Virus record (IMG/VR): IMGVR_UViG_2695421015_000001
Span: 61,537-125,536 of that record
Length of the DNA: 64,000 nucleotides
Source: a virus
Taxonomy: Duplodnaviria > Caudoviricetes
Direction: 5' to 3' (one strand)
This document shows positions 8,127 to 16,715 of the stretch, one piece after another; position 1 is the first letter of the stretch, and the number at the start of each line of letters is the position of its first letter. Under the pieces are notes generated by a model. It saw only the letters and a program-made list of their open reading frames with translations, made no database searches and was not told where the DNA came from. The translations under genes were made by a program, and so were the position numbers.

Positions 8127-8386
8127 CCCGCGACTTCAAGCTCGGCGACCGCGTCCGCGACGGCGGCCTGCAAGGCGTCATCACCGAGATCAGGTTCGAT
8201 GCGCCCCCGTCCGGCGTTCGACACTACGCGGTGATCGACACCGGCGATGGCGTGCGCCACTGGCGCTATCTCGGCGAGATCGAACTCGCCACCGACGCGG
8301 CGCCCGTCTCCTACGAGCTTCAGGGCTCCGGGTATGATCCCGGCGCCTGCGGCTATGAGCTGCAAGGTCGGAAGTCAGCGCCATGA
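8123..8386 (+). CDS. Hypothetical protein, SH3/KOW-like
   Basis: FKLGDRVRD N-terminus; coupled ORF. Confidence 0.6.
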   Translation: MTRDFKLGDRVRDGGLQGVITEIRFDAPPSGVRHYAVIDTGDGVRHWRYLGEIELATDAAPVSYELQGSGYDPGACGYELQGRKSAP

Positions 8387-8562
8387 CCAGCAAGCAGATC
8401 GTCAACCTGCGCGTCGGCCAGATGGTCCGCACCAAGCACATGCCGGACCGCTTCTGGAAGATCACCAAGGTCTACGTCCCCACCGGGGGCGGGCGCGTGC
8501 TCGAACTCGAAGGCGCGCTCTGGATCGGGCCCAGCCAGGTCGAAGAGGTTCTGCCCTCATGA
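8383..8562 (+). CDS. Hypothetical protein (59 aa)
   Basis: Read manually; ATGA overlaps. Confidence 0.55.
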   Translation: MTSKQIVNLRVGQMVRTKHMPDRFWKITKVYVPTGGGRVLELEGALWIGPSQVEEVLPS

Positions 8563-8762
8563 TGAGTGCCGCATTGATGCACGACGCTCTCAAGTCTGCC
8601 GACATGATCGACGAGCGCGATCTCCCGAAGCATCGGCCGACGCCCGAGATGATTGCCGACGCGCACCGTCGCAACGCTGCTCCGCGGCCCATCGTCTCGT
8701 GGCTGATGGGTGATCCGGCGCCGGGACAGAGCGCGCTCGACAAGCGCAACAGCGCCGTGTGA
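8559..8762 (+). CDS. Phage protein with C-terminal LMGDPxPGxSALD motif
   Basis: Motif recurrent in alphaproteobacterial phage proteins. Confidence 0.6.
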   Translation: MMSAALMHDALKSADMIDERDLPKHRPTPEMIADAHRRNAAPRPIVSWLMGDPAPGQSALDKRNSAV

Positions 8763-8779
8763 TTTTTTTCGGCGACGGG

Positions 8780-8809
8780 CTTGCGGCAGGACTCGCGCCT
8801 TGCTATCTC
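8780..8809 (+). promoter_or_regulatory. Putative sigma70 promoter
   Basis: cTTGCGG-17 bp-TATCTC (preceded by TGC), upstream of a hairpin-rich leader and the tRNA. Confidence 0.4.
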
Positions 8810-8972
8810 GCCTCTCGATGATCGGCGCCTTGATGTGCCGCACATTCCGACTAAACGAGGGGCGCTTCTGTCGGGGGCGTCCCTCGATTTGTTTCTGGCG
8901 GAAGCACTCAAAAGAGTCGTAAGTCTGCGGCTATGGCCCGCAGCGCCAGTTCGCCGAGATAGGCTGGATGAG

Positions 8973-9158
8973 ATGACCAACCCGATCGCCAAAGTCGTGC
9001 ACTGCCCGACATGCGGCGCGCCTCCCGGGCGCGCCTGCCAGCAGCTCAGACCTGATCGGATCAGGGTCGTGCCGACGCACTCCGCTCGCCGGAAGCTGCT
9101 CGAGCAACCAGTCAGGGTTCGTACCGCAAGCCGCAAGGCCCCACGCTCCCTCGCGTAG
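8973..9158 (+). CDS. Small zinc-finger protein
   Basis: CPTCGAPPGRAC...H..R motif. Confidence 0.6.
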   Translation: MTNPIAKVVHCPTCGAPPGRACQQLRPDRIRVVPTHSARRKLLEQPVRVRTASRKAPRSLA

Positions 9159-9230
9159 CCGTCGAAGTACAAGGCGGGTAGTCGCGGATCAAAGCGGGTT
9201 GGTGACGGCGGGAAAGAACGCACCCAATTC

Positions 9231-9305
9231 GCTGGAATAGCTCAGCGGTAGAGCAGCAGTTTTGTAAACTGACGGTCGGTGGTTCAATCCCATCTTCCAG
9301 CACCA
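9231..9305 (+). tRNA. tRNA-Thr (anticodon UGU)
   Basis: Cloverleaf: acceptor GCTGGAA/TTCCAGC, D arm GCTC/GAGC, anticodon loop TTTGTAA, TTCAATC T-loop, encoded CCA. Confidence 0.95.
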
Positions 9306-9406
9306 ACCAAAGCGCGGTGCCAGCCGTTCGTCACCTGAAGACATAGGGGTGGCTGGCTAAGTGGGGCCATGTGTCAACGGCCGCGCCCATTTCATTTCGC
9401 CGTGAG

Positions 9407-9583
9407 TTAATCCTCGGAGGTGAACATCCAGAGGCGGACTCGCGGACTTTGTCCCGTCGCCCACTTCCACGCCCAGATCGAGATGTAGACGGGCAGGCAT
9501 ATCACCCAAAGGACGACGGCAAACATCCACACCAGCACGTTCTTGACGCCGATGTCAGGCGGCGCCTTAAACTCATCACTCAT
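9407..9583 (-). CDS. Small membrane protein (58 aa, MSDEFKAPPDIGVKNVLVWMFAVVLWVICLPVYISIWAWKW...)
   Basis: Read manually; one strong TM; start overlaps the stop of 9576..9719. Confidence 0.6.
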   Translation of the reverse strand: MSDEFKAPPDIGVKNVLVWMFAVVLWVICLPVYISIWAWKWATGQSPRVRLWMFTSED

Positions 9584-9719
9584 AGTTGAAGCGGTTCTTT
9601 CGGAAGATCACTTTCGCCTTGAACCGGATGAAGGCGCAGAACGGCAGTAAGGCGTCCCAGAGCAGGTAGAGCGCCGGGCAAAGCAATAGCCAAGCGGTCT
9701 TGATCGCGAGCTTTTTCAT
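9576..9719 (-). CDS. Small hydrophobic/basic peptide (47 aa, MKKLAIKTAWLLLCPALYLLWDALLPFCAFIRFKAK...)
   Basis: Read manually; translationally coupled to the next minus-strand ORF. Confidence 0.55.
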   Translation of the reverse strand: MKKLAIKTAWLLLCPALYLLWDALLPFCAFIRFKAKVIFRKNRFNYE

Positions 9720-9785
9720 GGGCTGCGCGTACCTCGCGGCGGCTACGTCCGCAATTCAACTGTTCTTCACAATCTCCGGAAAACC

Positions 9786-10065
9786 AATAACTCGCTCGTC
9801 GGGCCCGTGCCCGATCGGGACGCCGGAAAGAGCGAGTAACTTTCTTCACCCAGGGGTGTCCGCCCGTCACTGCCGTCGCAACGGTACGGTCACCGGCCCC
9901 CGCTCATAGCAAGCTGTGCTAACCGGAGGGCGACGTGTCCGGTCGGCAGATGTCGGTGCAAGGCACGTCCCGACGGAAGGCAGGGAAACCGGCGACCAAA
10001 TCAGCCCGCTGTAAGGCGATGGGGCGAAACATCGTCGGAGGTCCGCAAGCCTCCAAGCCAATTCA
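9786..10065 (+). ncRNA. Candidate structured RNA
   Basis: No convincing ORF; dense helices (actcgctc/gagcgagt, tgccgt/acggta, gtcgg/ccgac, cgatg/catcg, ggagg/cctcc) and several GCAA/GAAA/GTAA words. Confidence 0.4.
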
Positions 10066-10076
10066 TCGAGGGCGGC

Positions 10077-10277
10077 ATGAAGAAGATCGCAGTTATCGCG
10101 CTGCTGGCGTGCTCGCTGGGCGGATGCGCGTCCGTCCCTCTCGCCACGGGTCTCGCGGTCGCCGGCGTCGCCATCTCGGCCGGGAGCCTCGCGGTTGCCA
10201 CCGGCACCTTGAGCATGAACGCAGTCCACAACTGCAAGGCTGACGGCGGCTGCAAGGACGTCAAGCTGCCCAAGTAA
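10077..10277 (+). CDS. Small lipoprotein
   Basis: MKK + hydrophobic core + lipobox LGG-C. Confidence 0.75.
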   Translation: MKKIAVIALLACSLGGCASVPLATGLAVAGVAISAGSLAVATGTLSMNAVHNCKADGGCKDVKLPK

Positions 10278-10313
10278 TCCCCACCACCCCGAACCCCCAC
10301 TTCGGAGCCCACC

Positions 10314-10529
10314 ATGACTGTAAGCGTTACGATCGACGTGCCCGAGCACGTCGAGCGCGTCGTCGTCCAGACCCAGAGCCTCACTCCGGACGGCTGGAAG
10401 AACGACAATCCCGTCGCGTACGGGCCCGGCAAGCACTTCGTGCACATCTGGGACACCAAGCGGATCTCCTGCGTCGCGGAGCCTTCACCCGGCGAGGAAT
10501 TGCCGCCCGGCACCTTCGTCGTCGGGTAG
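10314..10529 (+). CDS. Hypothetical protein
   Basis: GGAG RBS; ORF. Confidence 0.65.
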   Translation: MTVSVTIDVPEHVERVVVQTQSLTPDGWKNDNPVAYGPGKHFVHIWDTKRISCVAEPSPGEELPPGTFVVG

Positions 10530-10640
10530 CGCAGCAATGAAGACCATCCTGATGTTCGTCATCGTGGCGCTGCTCTGGATCGGCCTTGGCCATCTGGTCG
10601 AGCAGAACGACCACATCATCACGCTGCTGGAGCAGCACCG

Positions 10641-10892
10641 GTGAGCGCGCTGCTACCGTCGGTCTACGAGAACGACGATGTCCGCAGCCACGAAGATCTG
10701 TGTACGATCAATCGCGAGCGCGAGGCCAACGGCCAGCGCCCGATCTCGCCCCCGATGAGCTTCAGGCGCGGCTATAGCCGGCTGAGGTCTCTCTCGTTCA
10801 ATCAAGAGCACGGCTACGGCGGCTGGACGTTCGGCCGCAACGCCAAGCTCAAGCCGAAGCGCGTCGAGCGCAAGCCGAAGCGGCGGGCATGA
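10641..10892 (+). CDS. Hypothetical basic protein
   Basis: Coupled ORF. Confidence 0.6.
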   Translation: MSALLPSVYENDDVRSHEDLCTINREREANGQRPISPPMSFRRGYSRLRSLSFNQEHGYGGWTFGRNAKLKPKRVERKPKRRA

Positions 10893-11077
10893 CCATGAGC
10901 ACCCCTGAAGATCCTCACTTCCGCGTCGGCGAGATCGTCGTTGCAGAGGGCAGGCCGTTCAAGATGACGGTCGAGAGTGCCGAGGCCGCTGGCCGCGTTG
11001 GCTGCACCTGGTCCGAACTCGGCGCGGTGTTCCACGCCGTGTTCTTTGCCGGCGAACTCCGCAAGGTGAACGCATGA
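10889..11077 (+). CDS. YodC/DUF2158-like small protein
   Basis: FRVGEIV...KMTVE...VGCTW...F...L pattern. Confidence 0.55.
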   Translation: MTMSTPEDPHFRVGEIVVAEGRPFKMTVESAEAAGRVGCTWSELGAVFHAVFFAGELRKVNA

Positions 11078-11451
11078 AGCTGATGCTCTGCGAGGACTGC
11101 GGCGACATCGTCGCCCCGTCGCGGACGGACTTCAAGGTCCGCTGGTGCGACTGTGGCCGTCACGCCGTCTGGTGGGAGAACGGCCTCGCGGGCAAGCTCG
11201 TGATGCACGACAAGGTGTCGGGCGTCCTCGACCGCCCCGACAGCATCTATGACGGCTTCCCCAAGACCGGCCCGAAGGCGTGGGTGCTCGGCATCCACAA
11301 CGGCGCGCTGACCGAGAAGCTCGATCCGGGCGTGGTGCAGCGGATGCTGGCCAACTCCATAGGCTTCATTTTCCACGATGTCGGCTCGCTGATCGCGCGG
11401 TTCCGTCCGCTCGCCACCAACGACACGCGCTGGAGCTCGAAGCTGCCGTGA
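11074..11451 (+). CDS. Zinc-binding hypothetical protein
   Basis: CEDCGD...CDCG. Confidence 0.7.
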   Translation: MKLMLCEDCGDIVAPSRTDFKVRWCDCGRHAVWWENGLAGKLVMHDKVSGVLDRPDSIYDGFPKTGPKAWVLGIHNGALTEKLDPGVVQRMLANSIGFIFHDVGSLIARFRPLATNDTRWSSKLP

Positions 11452-11593
11452 CCTTCTTCCTGCTCGCGTGGCGCGCCTCCATCATCGTCACCGTCACGCT
11501 CATGCTGGCGCCGCTGGAAGGCGTCTTCGACGGCATCGAGACCGAGCTTGAGCGCCGAGGCGTCGAGCTTTAATCCCCACGAAGATCCCCCAC

Positions 11594-12103
11594 ATGATCT
11601 GGAAGCATATCGAAATCGGCGGCAAGCGTGCCGCCTTCTGTGATAGCGGCAAGGGCCGCCTCTACGTCTGCGAACGCCCCGGCGCGGTCGCGGCATGGGT
11701 ACGCGGCGCCTTTGTTGGGCACTTCGCCAGCGTCGACGACGCCAAGGCGGAAGCCGCCCGTCGCGCCGCCGGTCATCCGCCGGCGCCGCCGAAGCCAAGG
11801 CCTGAGTTCAAGCGCGTCGTTCGCGCCGAACCCGTCGTTGAACCACTTCGGGTGCCTGACGTATTCAAGGACATCACGCCGCCTCCGATCAAGGAGGCTG
11901 CCGCGCCGCTGGGACCTCCGGTGTTTCGCCCGGCGAATGCCTTCCCGATTTCCAGCCTGTGCAAATGCGGCGCGAAGCTCGGTCGCTCCGGCAAATGCCC
12001 CGCGCTCTGCGAGCCTGTCACGGGCGAGCCTCCGGTCTATGACGGCCCGCGCTTTGTCGGCAAGACCCACACTGCGCGCCTCGGAGCGCCGGTCACATGG
12101 TAG
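11594..12103 (+). CDS. Hypothetical Pro-rich protein
   Basis: ORF. Confidence 0.6.
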   Translation: MIWKHIEIGGKRAAFCDSGKGRLYVCERPGAVAAWVRGAFVGHFASVDDAKAEAARRAAGHPPAPPKPRPEFKRVVRAEPVVEPLRVPDVFKDITPPPIKEAAAPLGPPVFRPANAFPISSLCKCGAKLGRSGKCPALCEPVTGEPPVYDGPRFVGKTHTARLGAPVTW

Positions 12104-12429
12104 CCGTGACGGTCGCCGGGCCGAGGAAGCCTACGAACGACGAGATCAGGGCCGCCAAGCAGCTTCTGGAAGCCAACGGCTACGTCGTGGTCGAGCGCGA
12201 CCGCGTCGTGGAGGCGACGGTGGATTACAGGATCGAGCTGCGCGATCTGGACGTGATCCCGTCGCCGGATCTCTTGATGGAGAGGGTCAGGCATGGCTTG
12301 GCGCTTCACCTCGGTGAGGAGATCGCCAAGCGCGGCGCCGCCCTCGTCACCGACGAGATCAACCATCTCTGCACGCATCGCCGTGTCGAATACCGGGTGA
12401 CGGTGATCATGCCGGAGCGCAAGCCGTGA
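12097..12429 (+). CDS. Hypothetical protein
   Basis: Coupled ORF. Confidence 0.65.
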   Translation: MVAVTVAGPRKPTNDEIRAAKQLLEANGYVVVERDRVVEATVDYRIELRDLDVIPSPDLLMERVRHGLALHLGEEIAKRGAALVTDEINHLCTHRRVEYRVTVIMPERKP

Positions 12430-12656
12430 CGACCTACGTCCACGTCAACCGCAACGTGATCGCCTCCAACGCCAAGCATGGCACCGACAATCCCGCTGTC
12501 CGCCTCCAGCGTGGGCGTTACGGCAAGCCGACGTATGCAAACGAGGTCGAGATCGATGGCCCCTCACGGGTCGTCTATTCGCCGCACAAGGCCATCCTGC
12601 CGTGCGGCGCGCGGCTCGTGATCGAGACTGACGCGCCGGTGAGGGTAGTACGATGA
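12426..12656 (+). CDS. Conserved small phage protein (HVNRNVI...LPCGARLVIET)
   Basis: Motif recurrent in phages; coupled ORF. Confidence 0.7.
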   Translation: MTTYVHVNRNVIASNAKHGTDNPAVRLQRGRYGKPTYANEVEIDGPSRVVYSPHKAILPCGARLVIETDAPVRVVR

Positions 12657-12801
12657 GATCGCTTATCGCTGGCCTGTTCGAGGGCTACGGCATAGGCGCC
12701 GCGGTCTCCTTCGCCGAGCATGGCTACCACTGGGCTGCATATGCGGTCGGCATGGCCGTGGTGACGTTCGCCTATTACGACGGCCGCCACGGATGGAGTG
12801 A

Positions 12802-13083
12802 GTGATGCTCAAGACCTATTACGCTGCCACGCTCTATCCCGCCGGTCAGTTCGTGGCCGGAATGTCCGCTGCGGACGCCGAGGCGCTTTGCGCTGCGATC
12901 AGCAGCGGTCGCGATCCGTCCAAGAGCGCGGTCTGCTTCTACAACGCAGCCTCGATCTACGTCATTCAGTCAGGGCAGGCGCCGGTCCAGGTGCCCGTCA
13001 ACAACTGGATCGTCGCGATGCCGGACGGAACGATTTCCGTCCATGCCGACGCCGACTTCAAGGCGTCGTTCGTCGCTCAATGA
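12802..13083 (+). CDS. Hypothetical protein
   Basis: GGAG RBS; ORF. Confidence 0.65.
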   Translation: MMLKTYYAATLYPAGQFVAGMSAADAEALCAAISSGRDPSKSAVCFYNAASIYVIQSGQAPVQVPVNNWIVAMPDGTISVHADADFKASFVAQ

Positions 13084-13092
13084 CGTGATCCC

Positions 13093-13821
13093 GTGGCCGG
13101 TCTCGACTCGATCAAGCACCTGCGCGGCGACGACCTGATCGCCGAGTACAAGGAACGCTACGGCGACAAGACTCTGATCGCGTTCTCGCGCGGCAAGGAC
13201 TCCATCGCGGCAGCGCTGGCGCTCCGCGATAAGATCGAGATGATCCCGTTCCACTACGACGACGTGCCGGGACTGGAACTCATCGACGAGAGCATCGCCT
13301 ACTACGAGAAAAACCTGTTCGGCCGGCGCATCCTGCGCATGCCGAACCCGGCGTTCTACAAACACTTGCGCGAGGGCATGTTCCAGCCCATCCGCCGCTC
13401 ACAGACCCTCGCTGCCTCATCGATCCCGCACCTCAACCACGCCGACGTGGTTCAAATGGTCAAGGATCAGGAAGGCATCGAGGGCGACATCCTGTCCGCC
13501 ACGGGCGTCCGCGCCCTCGACAACGCGATCCGCTTCCTGTCGATCCGCAAGCACGGACCGATCCGTTCCGGCGCCGGCAACTGGGCGCCGATCTGGGACT
13601 GGTCCAAGCAGCGGCTGATGGACGAGATCGAGAAGAGCGGCATCTCGCTGCCGCCCGATTACACGTTCCTGCCGCGCTCGCTCGACGGCTTCTCCTACCT
13701 GTACCTGATCCCGCTCAGGAAGCACTACCCGCGCGACTACGAGCGGATCTTGGAGTGGTTCCCGATCGCCGAGGCCGAGCTGCTTCGCTACGAAATCAAT
13801 CAGAGGTTCTACCCCACGTGA
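13093..13821 (+). CDS. PAPS-reductase-like (PP-loop) protein
   Basis: IAFSRGKDS PP-loop, TGVRALD and PIWDWS motifs. Confidence 0.8.
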   Translation: MAGLDSIKHLRGDDLIAEYKERYGDKTLIAFSRGKDSIAAALALRDKIEMIPFHYDDVPGLELIDESIAYYEKNLFGRRILRMPNPAFYKHLREGMFQPIRRSQTLAASSIPHLNHADVVQMVKDQEGIEGDILSATGVRALDNAIRFLSIRKHGPIRSGAGNWAPIWDWSKQRLMDEIEKSGISLPPDYTFLPRSLDGFSYLYLIPLRKHYPRDYERILEWFPIAEAELLRYEINQRFYPT

Positions 13822-14291
13822 GACCCTTTACCGTCTACATGGCCGGTCCCATCACGGGGCTGACCTATGATGGCGCCGAGAACTGGCGCGCTATCGCCAA
13901 GACCGCGCTTTTCAGGTCCGGCATCCAAGGTATCTCACCGCTGCGGGGCCAGGAATATCTCCGCGACATCGGCAAGATATCGGGGACAGGCGAGGGCTAC
14001 CAGCACCTCAACGTACTCTCGACGCCGCGCGGCATCACCAGCCAGAACCGTTTCGACGCCACGCGCTGCGACCTCCTGCTGGTCAACCTGCTGGGAGCAA
14101 CCAGCGTCTCCATCGGCACCGTCATGGAGATCACATGGGCCGACGTGAAGCGCATACCGATCGTTGTGGCGATGGAGCCGAAAGGCAATCCGCACGAGCA
14201 CATGCTGATCAACGAAGTGATCAGCTATCGCGTGCCCACGCTTGAAGACGCGATCCGCGTCGTGACCGTCGTCGCCGACGGCATCCGATGA
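13818..14291 (+). CDS. Nucleoside 2-deoxyribosyltransferase-like protein
   Basis: VYMAGPI...ISPLR...D..RCDLLLVNL...SIGTVME; GTG start overlaps the upstream stop. Confidence 0.8.
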   Translation: MRPFTVYMAGPITGLTYDGAENWRAIAKTALFRSGIQGISPLRGQEYLRDIGKISGTGEGYQHLNVLSTPRGITSQNRFDATRCDLLLVNLLGATSVSIGTVMEITWADVKRIPIVVAMEPKGNPHEHMLINEVISYRVPTLEDAIRVVTVVADGIR

Positions 14292-14437
14292 CGTTCATCG
14301 ACCTCGTACAGCGGGACGCCAAGATCCTGCTGCTGCGTCGCCGCGGATGGTCCCTCCAGGAGATCGCCGACGAGATGGGCCTTACCCGGCTCGACGTCTA
14401 CCGCATTCTCGACCGTGCCAAGCACCCCAACGACTGA
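14288..14437 (+). CDS. Small HTH protein (49 aa)
   Basis: Read manually: ILLLRRRGWSLQEIADEMGLTRLDVYRIL. Confidence 0.7.
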   Translation: MTFIDLVQRDAKILLLRRRGWSLQEIADEMGLTRLDVYRILDRAKHPND

Positions 14438-14444
14438 GACCCCC

Positions 14445-14657
14445 ATGATCAAAGTCATCGCCGTCCTTTGCAGCCTCGCTTCACCGCAGGACTGCCACGA
14501 CGAGGTCGTCACGACCTCCAACTTCGCCCAAATCTCGATGACGGCGTGCCTGATGGGCGCGCCGCAGCTCGCCGACTGGGTGAAAGAGCATCCCGCCGAG
14601 CGCCTCGCCGGATGGCGCTGCGAGTTCGGCGAGCGCGCCAAGAAGGCGGGCATCTGA
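14445..14657 (+). CDS. Small Cys-containing protein
   Basis: ATG at 14445; LC..P.DC...C...WRC pattern. Confidence 0.65.
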   Translation: MIKVIAVLCSLASPQDCHDEVVTTSNFAQISMTACLMGAPQLADWVKEHPAERLAGWRCEFGERAKKAGI

Positions 14658-14845
14658 TGATGTTCTTCTGCTCGCTGATGGCGCTTGTCGTGTCGATCCT
14701 GATGCTGTGCCTGCTGTGCGACGACCTCGCCACCCGCAAGGCCAACCCGTCGCGCTCGGACTATGTCGTCGACGCCTTCATGCTGGTCGGCTTCCTCTGC
14801 ACGATCGTCCTCGCCTTCCACGGCATCATCGCCGCGCTCCGCTGA
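14657..14845 (+). CDS. Two-TM membrane protein
   Basis: Two hydrophobic segments; C-terminal part of ORF 14468..14845. Confidence 0.6.
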   Translation: MMFFCSLMALVVSILMLCLLCDDLATRKANPSRSDYVVDAFMLVGFLCTIVLAFHGIIAALR

Positions 14846-14965
14846 TCGAGTTTTTGGAGAGAGTGGGCGCTACCCAATTCAGTTGTGAGATGCCCGCAAG
14901 GGCTAACTGGGCAAGCGGCTCTCTCCAAATCTAACCCCACCCCCAACATCGGGAGCCCCACGCCC

Positions 14966-15361
14966 ATGCTGACCGCCCAAGAAGCCGCTGAACTCTCTCG
15001 CCAACTCGTCGACGGCGAGGTCCTGCTCCAGACCAAGATGTGGGGCGAGACCAACGATCGCGCCGACATCTCGCAGGGTCAGCTGATGGGTGCGGCACTC
15101 GCCCAGATCTACGCGGTCGGCATCACCGAGTTCAGCGACACCCGCGAGTCGGCATTCGATCAGGCCGAGATGGAGTTCTTCCCCGCGGACTGGGGTGGCT
15201 TCCGCGACTACGGCTCGGACATCGCCAACCTGGTCGTGGCGGCTGCCTATCTGCGCAACGAGATCAAGCGCCGGCTCATGAACGGCGAGAGCAGCCACCG
15301 CGCTCCTCGTCGCGCTGACCAGGTCTTCGACGGCTCCTGCGTGCCGAACCCCATCGCCTGA
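14966..15361 (+). CDS. Phage protein, possibly all-alpha (MazG-like) NTP pyrophosphatase fold
   Basis: GQLMGAA...FP..W....NLVVAAAYLRNEIKR pattern; function inferred. Confidence 0.55.
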   Translation: MLTAQEAAELSRQLVDGEVLLQTKMWGETNDRADISQGQLMGAALAQIYAVGITEFSDTRESAFDQAEMEFFPADWGGFRDYGSDIANLVVAAAYLRNEIKRRLMNGESSHRAPRRADQVFDGSCVPNPIA

Positions 15362-15391
15362 TCGTCCACCCCCACACCAAGGCATCCCCCA

Positions 15392-15871
15392 ATGCACCAC
15401 GTCCACATCTCGACCTTCGCGCTGTTCCTGATCGTGCTGTTCGTCCTCGGCTTCATGTCGATCCTGTTCGCCTTCATCGTCTCGATGCGGAGGGCAAAGG
15501 TCGATGCGGCGCGCTTTCGCGCGGCGCGCTTTTCCGATGACTATGCGTCGAGGACGACGTATCGGCAGAGCGAGCGCGGTCCAGCAGTTTCGTCCGGCGG
15601 CTATACCGCCGCTCCGGGCGTCTACGCATCTCCCATGGTGGCTCCCGTTATGATGCAGGGCGCCTCCGGCTCTGACCTGCTCACCGGCGTCCTGCTCGGC
15701 GAGGCGCTCGCCGGCGGTCACCGCGACACCGTGATTGTCGAGAACGGCGGCGGCTATGGTGGCGGCTACGACGCGCCGGCCTATGATCCCGGCCCGTCAT
15801 TCGACAGCGGCATCAGCTTTGACAGCGGCCCCGTCTGCGACACCGGCGGCGGCATCGACCTCAGCTGGTAA
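15392..15871 (+). CDS. Membrane protein with Gly/Asp/Ser-rich tail
   Basis: N-terminal TM; LLTGVLLGEAL; low-complexity tail. Confidence 0.7.
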   Translation: MHHVHISTFALFLIVLFVLGFMSILFAFIVSMRRAKVDAARFRAARFSDDYASRTTYRQSERGPAVSSGGYTAAPGVYASPMVAPVMMQGASGSDLLTGVLLGEALAGGHRDTVIVENGGGYGGGYDAPAYDPGPSFDSGISFDSGPVCDTGGGIDLSW

Positions 15872-15888
15872 AAGCGGGCTTAGCCCTC

Positions 15889-16416
15889 ATGGCCCTGAAG
15901 AAGATCACGATCGGGATCAAAAAGACCGAGGGCGGCGGCCTCAAGAAAATCGACATGGCCTCGATCGCCAAGCGGCGCGAAGCCGCCAAGGCCCTCGACT
16001 TCGTCGGCGACGGGGAAGACGCTCTCGCAGACATGCCGGAGGACCTCAAGCCGGAAGAGGAAGAGGCCGAGCGTCTGAAGCGCCTCGATACGGCGCTCAA
16101 CGGCGAGAAGCCCGTCACGGACGGGTCGACGATCAAGGCCGACCTCAAGCGCCAGAACGAGGCCCACAAGAATCAGGGCGCCAACGACTACTATTTCGTC
16201 GTTGTGTTCGCCGACGGCGACGCTGCCACCGAGATGCTGAAGAAGACAGGCTATCCGAACCCGGATGCCGAGTTCGTCGACGGCTACATTCTCGCCCAGT
16301 GCCTCGGCCACGAACTGCCCAGACCAAAATTCAAGTTACAGAAGATTCGTCCACCGCAAAGAACACTCGAGCGGCTGGTAACGGCGTTCCCCAAGAAGAA
16401 GGGGAACGAGGCGTAG
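15889..16416 (+). CDS. Phage protein, probable partner of the PAPS-reductase-like enzyme
   Basis: DYYFVVVF...FVDG..LA..LG motif, recalled from proteins encoded beside phage PAPS-reductase-like genes. Confidence 0.65.
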   Translation: MALKKITIGIKKTEGGGLKKIDMASIAKRREAAKALDFVGDGEDALADMPEDLKPEEEEAERLKRLDTALNGEKPVTDGSTIKADLKRQNEAHKNQGANDYYFVVVFADGDAATEMLKKTGYPNPDAEFVDGYILAQCLGHELPRPKFKLQKIRPPQRTLERLVTAFPKKKGNEA

Positions 16417-16462
16417 CGTCGGCGCCTTCCCCGACGCATTTTAACCGGAAGGAGTAGCCATC

Positions 16463-16642
16463 ATGGCTAAGAAGGCAAAGAAGGCGAAAAAGGTCGCCAA
16501 GAAAACTCGCAAGACCGCCGCGAAAACCCGCAAGGCCGCGAAGAAGGCCAACAGTCGGAACAACAAGAAAGCCGCGAAGAGCCGGAGCAAGAGCAAGAGC
16601 CGGTCGAACAAGGGCGGCTCCGACAACAGCCCGAAGAAGTAA
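16463..16642 (+). CDS. Histone H1/protamine-like basic peptide (59 aa, MAKKAKKAKKVAKKTRK...)
   Basis: Read manually; AAGGAG RBS and own terminator; missed by the ORF track. Confidence 0.85.
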   Translation: MAKKAKKAKKVAKKTRKTAAKTRKAAKKANSRNNKKAAKSRSKSKSRSNKGGSDNSPKK

Positions 16643-16660
16643 CGGCTGCCATAGGCCGTT

Positions 16661-16701
16661 AAAGAAAGGGGCCTCCCCGACGGGACGGCCCCTTTCTTTT
16701 T
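16661..16701 (+). terminator. Intrinsic (possibly bidirectional) terminator
   Basis: aaagaaaggggcc...ggcccctttcttttt. Confidence 0.75.
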
Positions 16702-16715
16702 GAGATCCCCCCACC

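Noticed and set aside
9231-9305. tRNA as a prophage attachment site
   Set aside because: It lies among phage genes, with no duplicated 3' end found and no integrase nearby.
2891-16684. Recurring CCCCGACGGG word (about 2891, 4314, 16675)
   Set aside because: Few copies in very GC-rich DNA and in differing contexts; cannot be distinguished from chance by eye.
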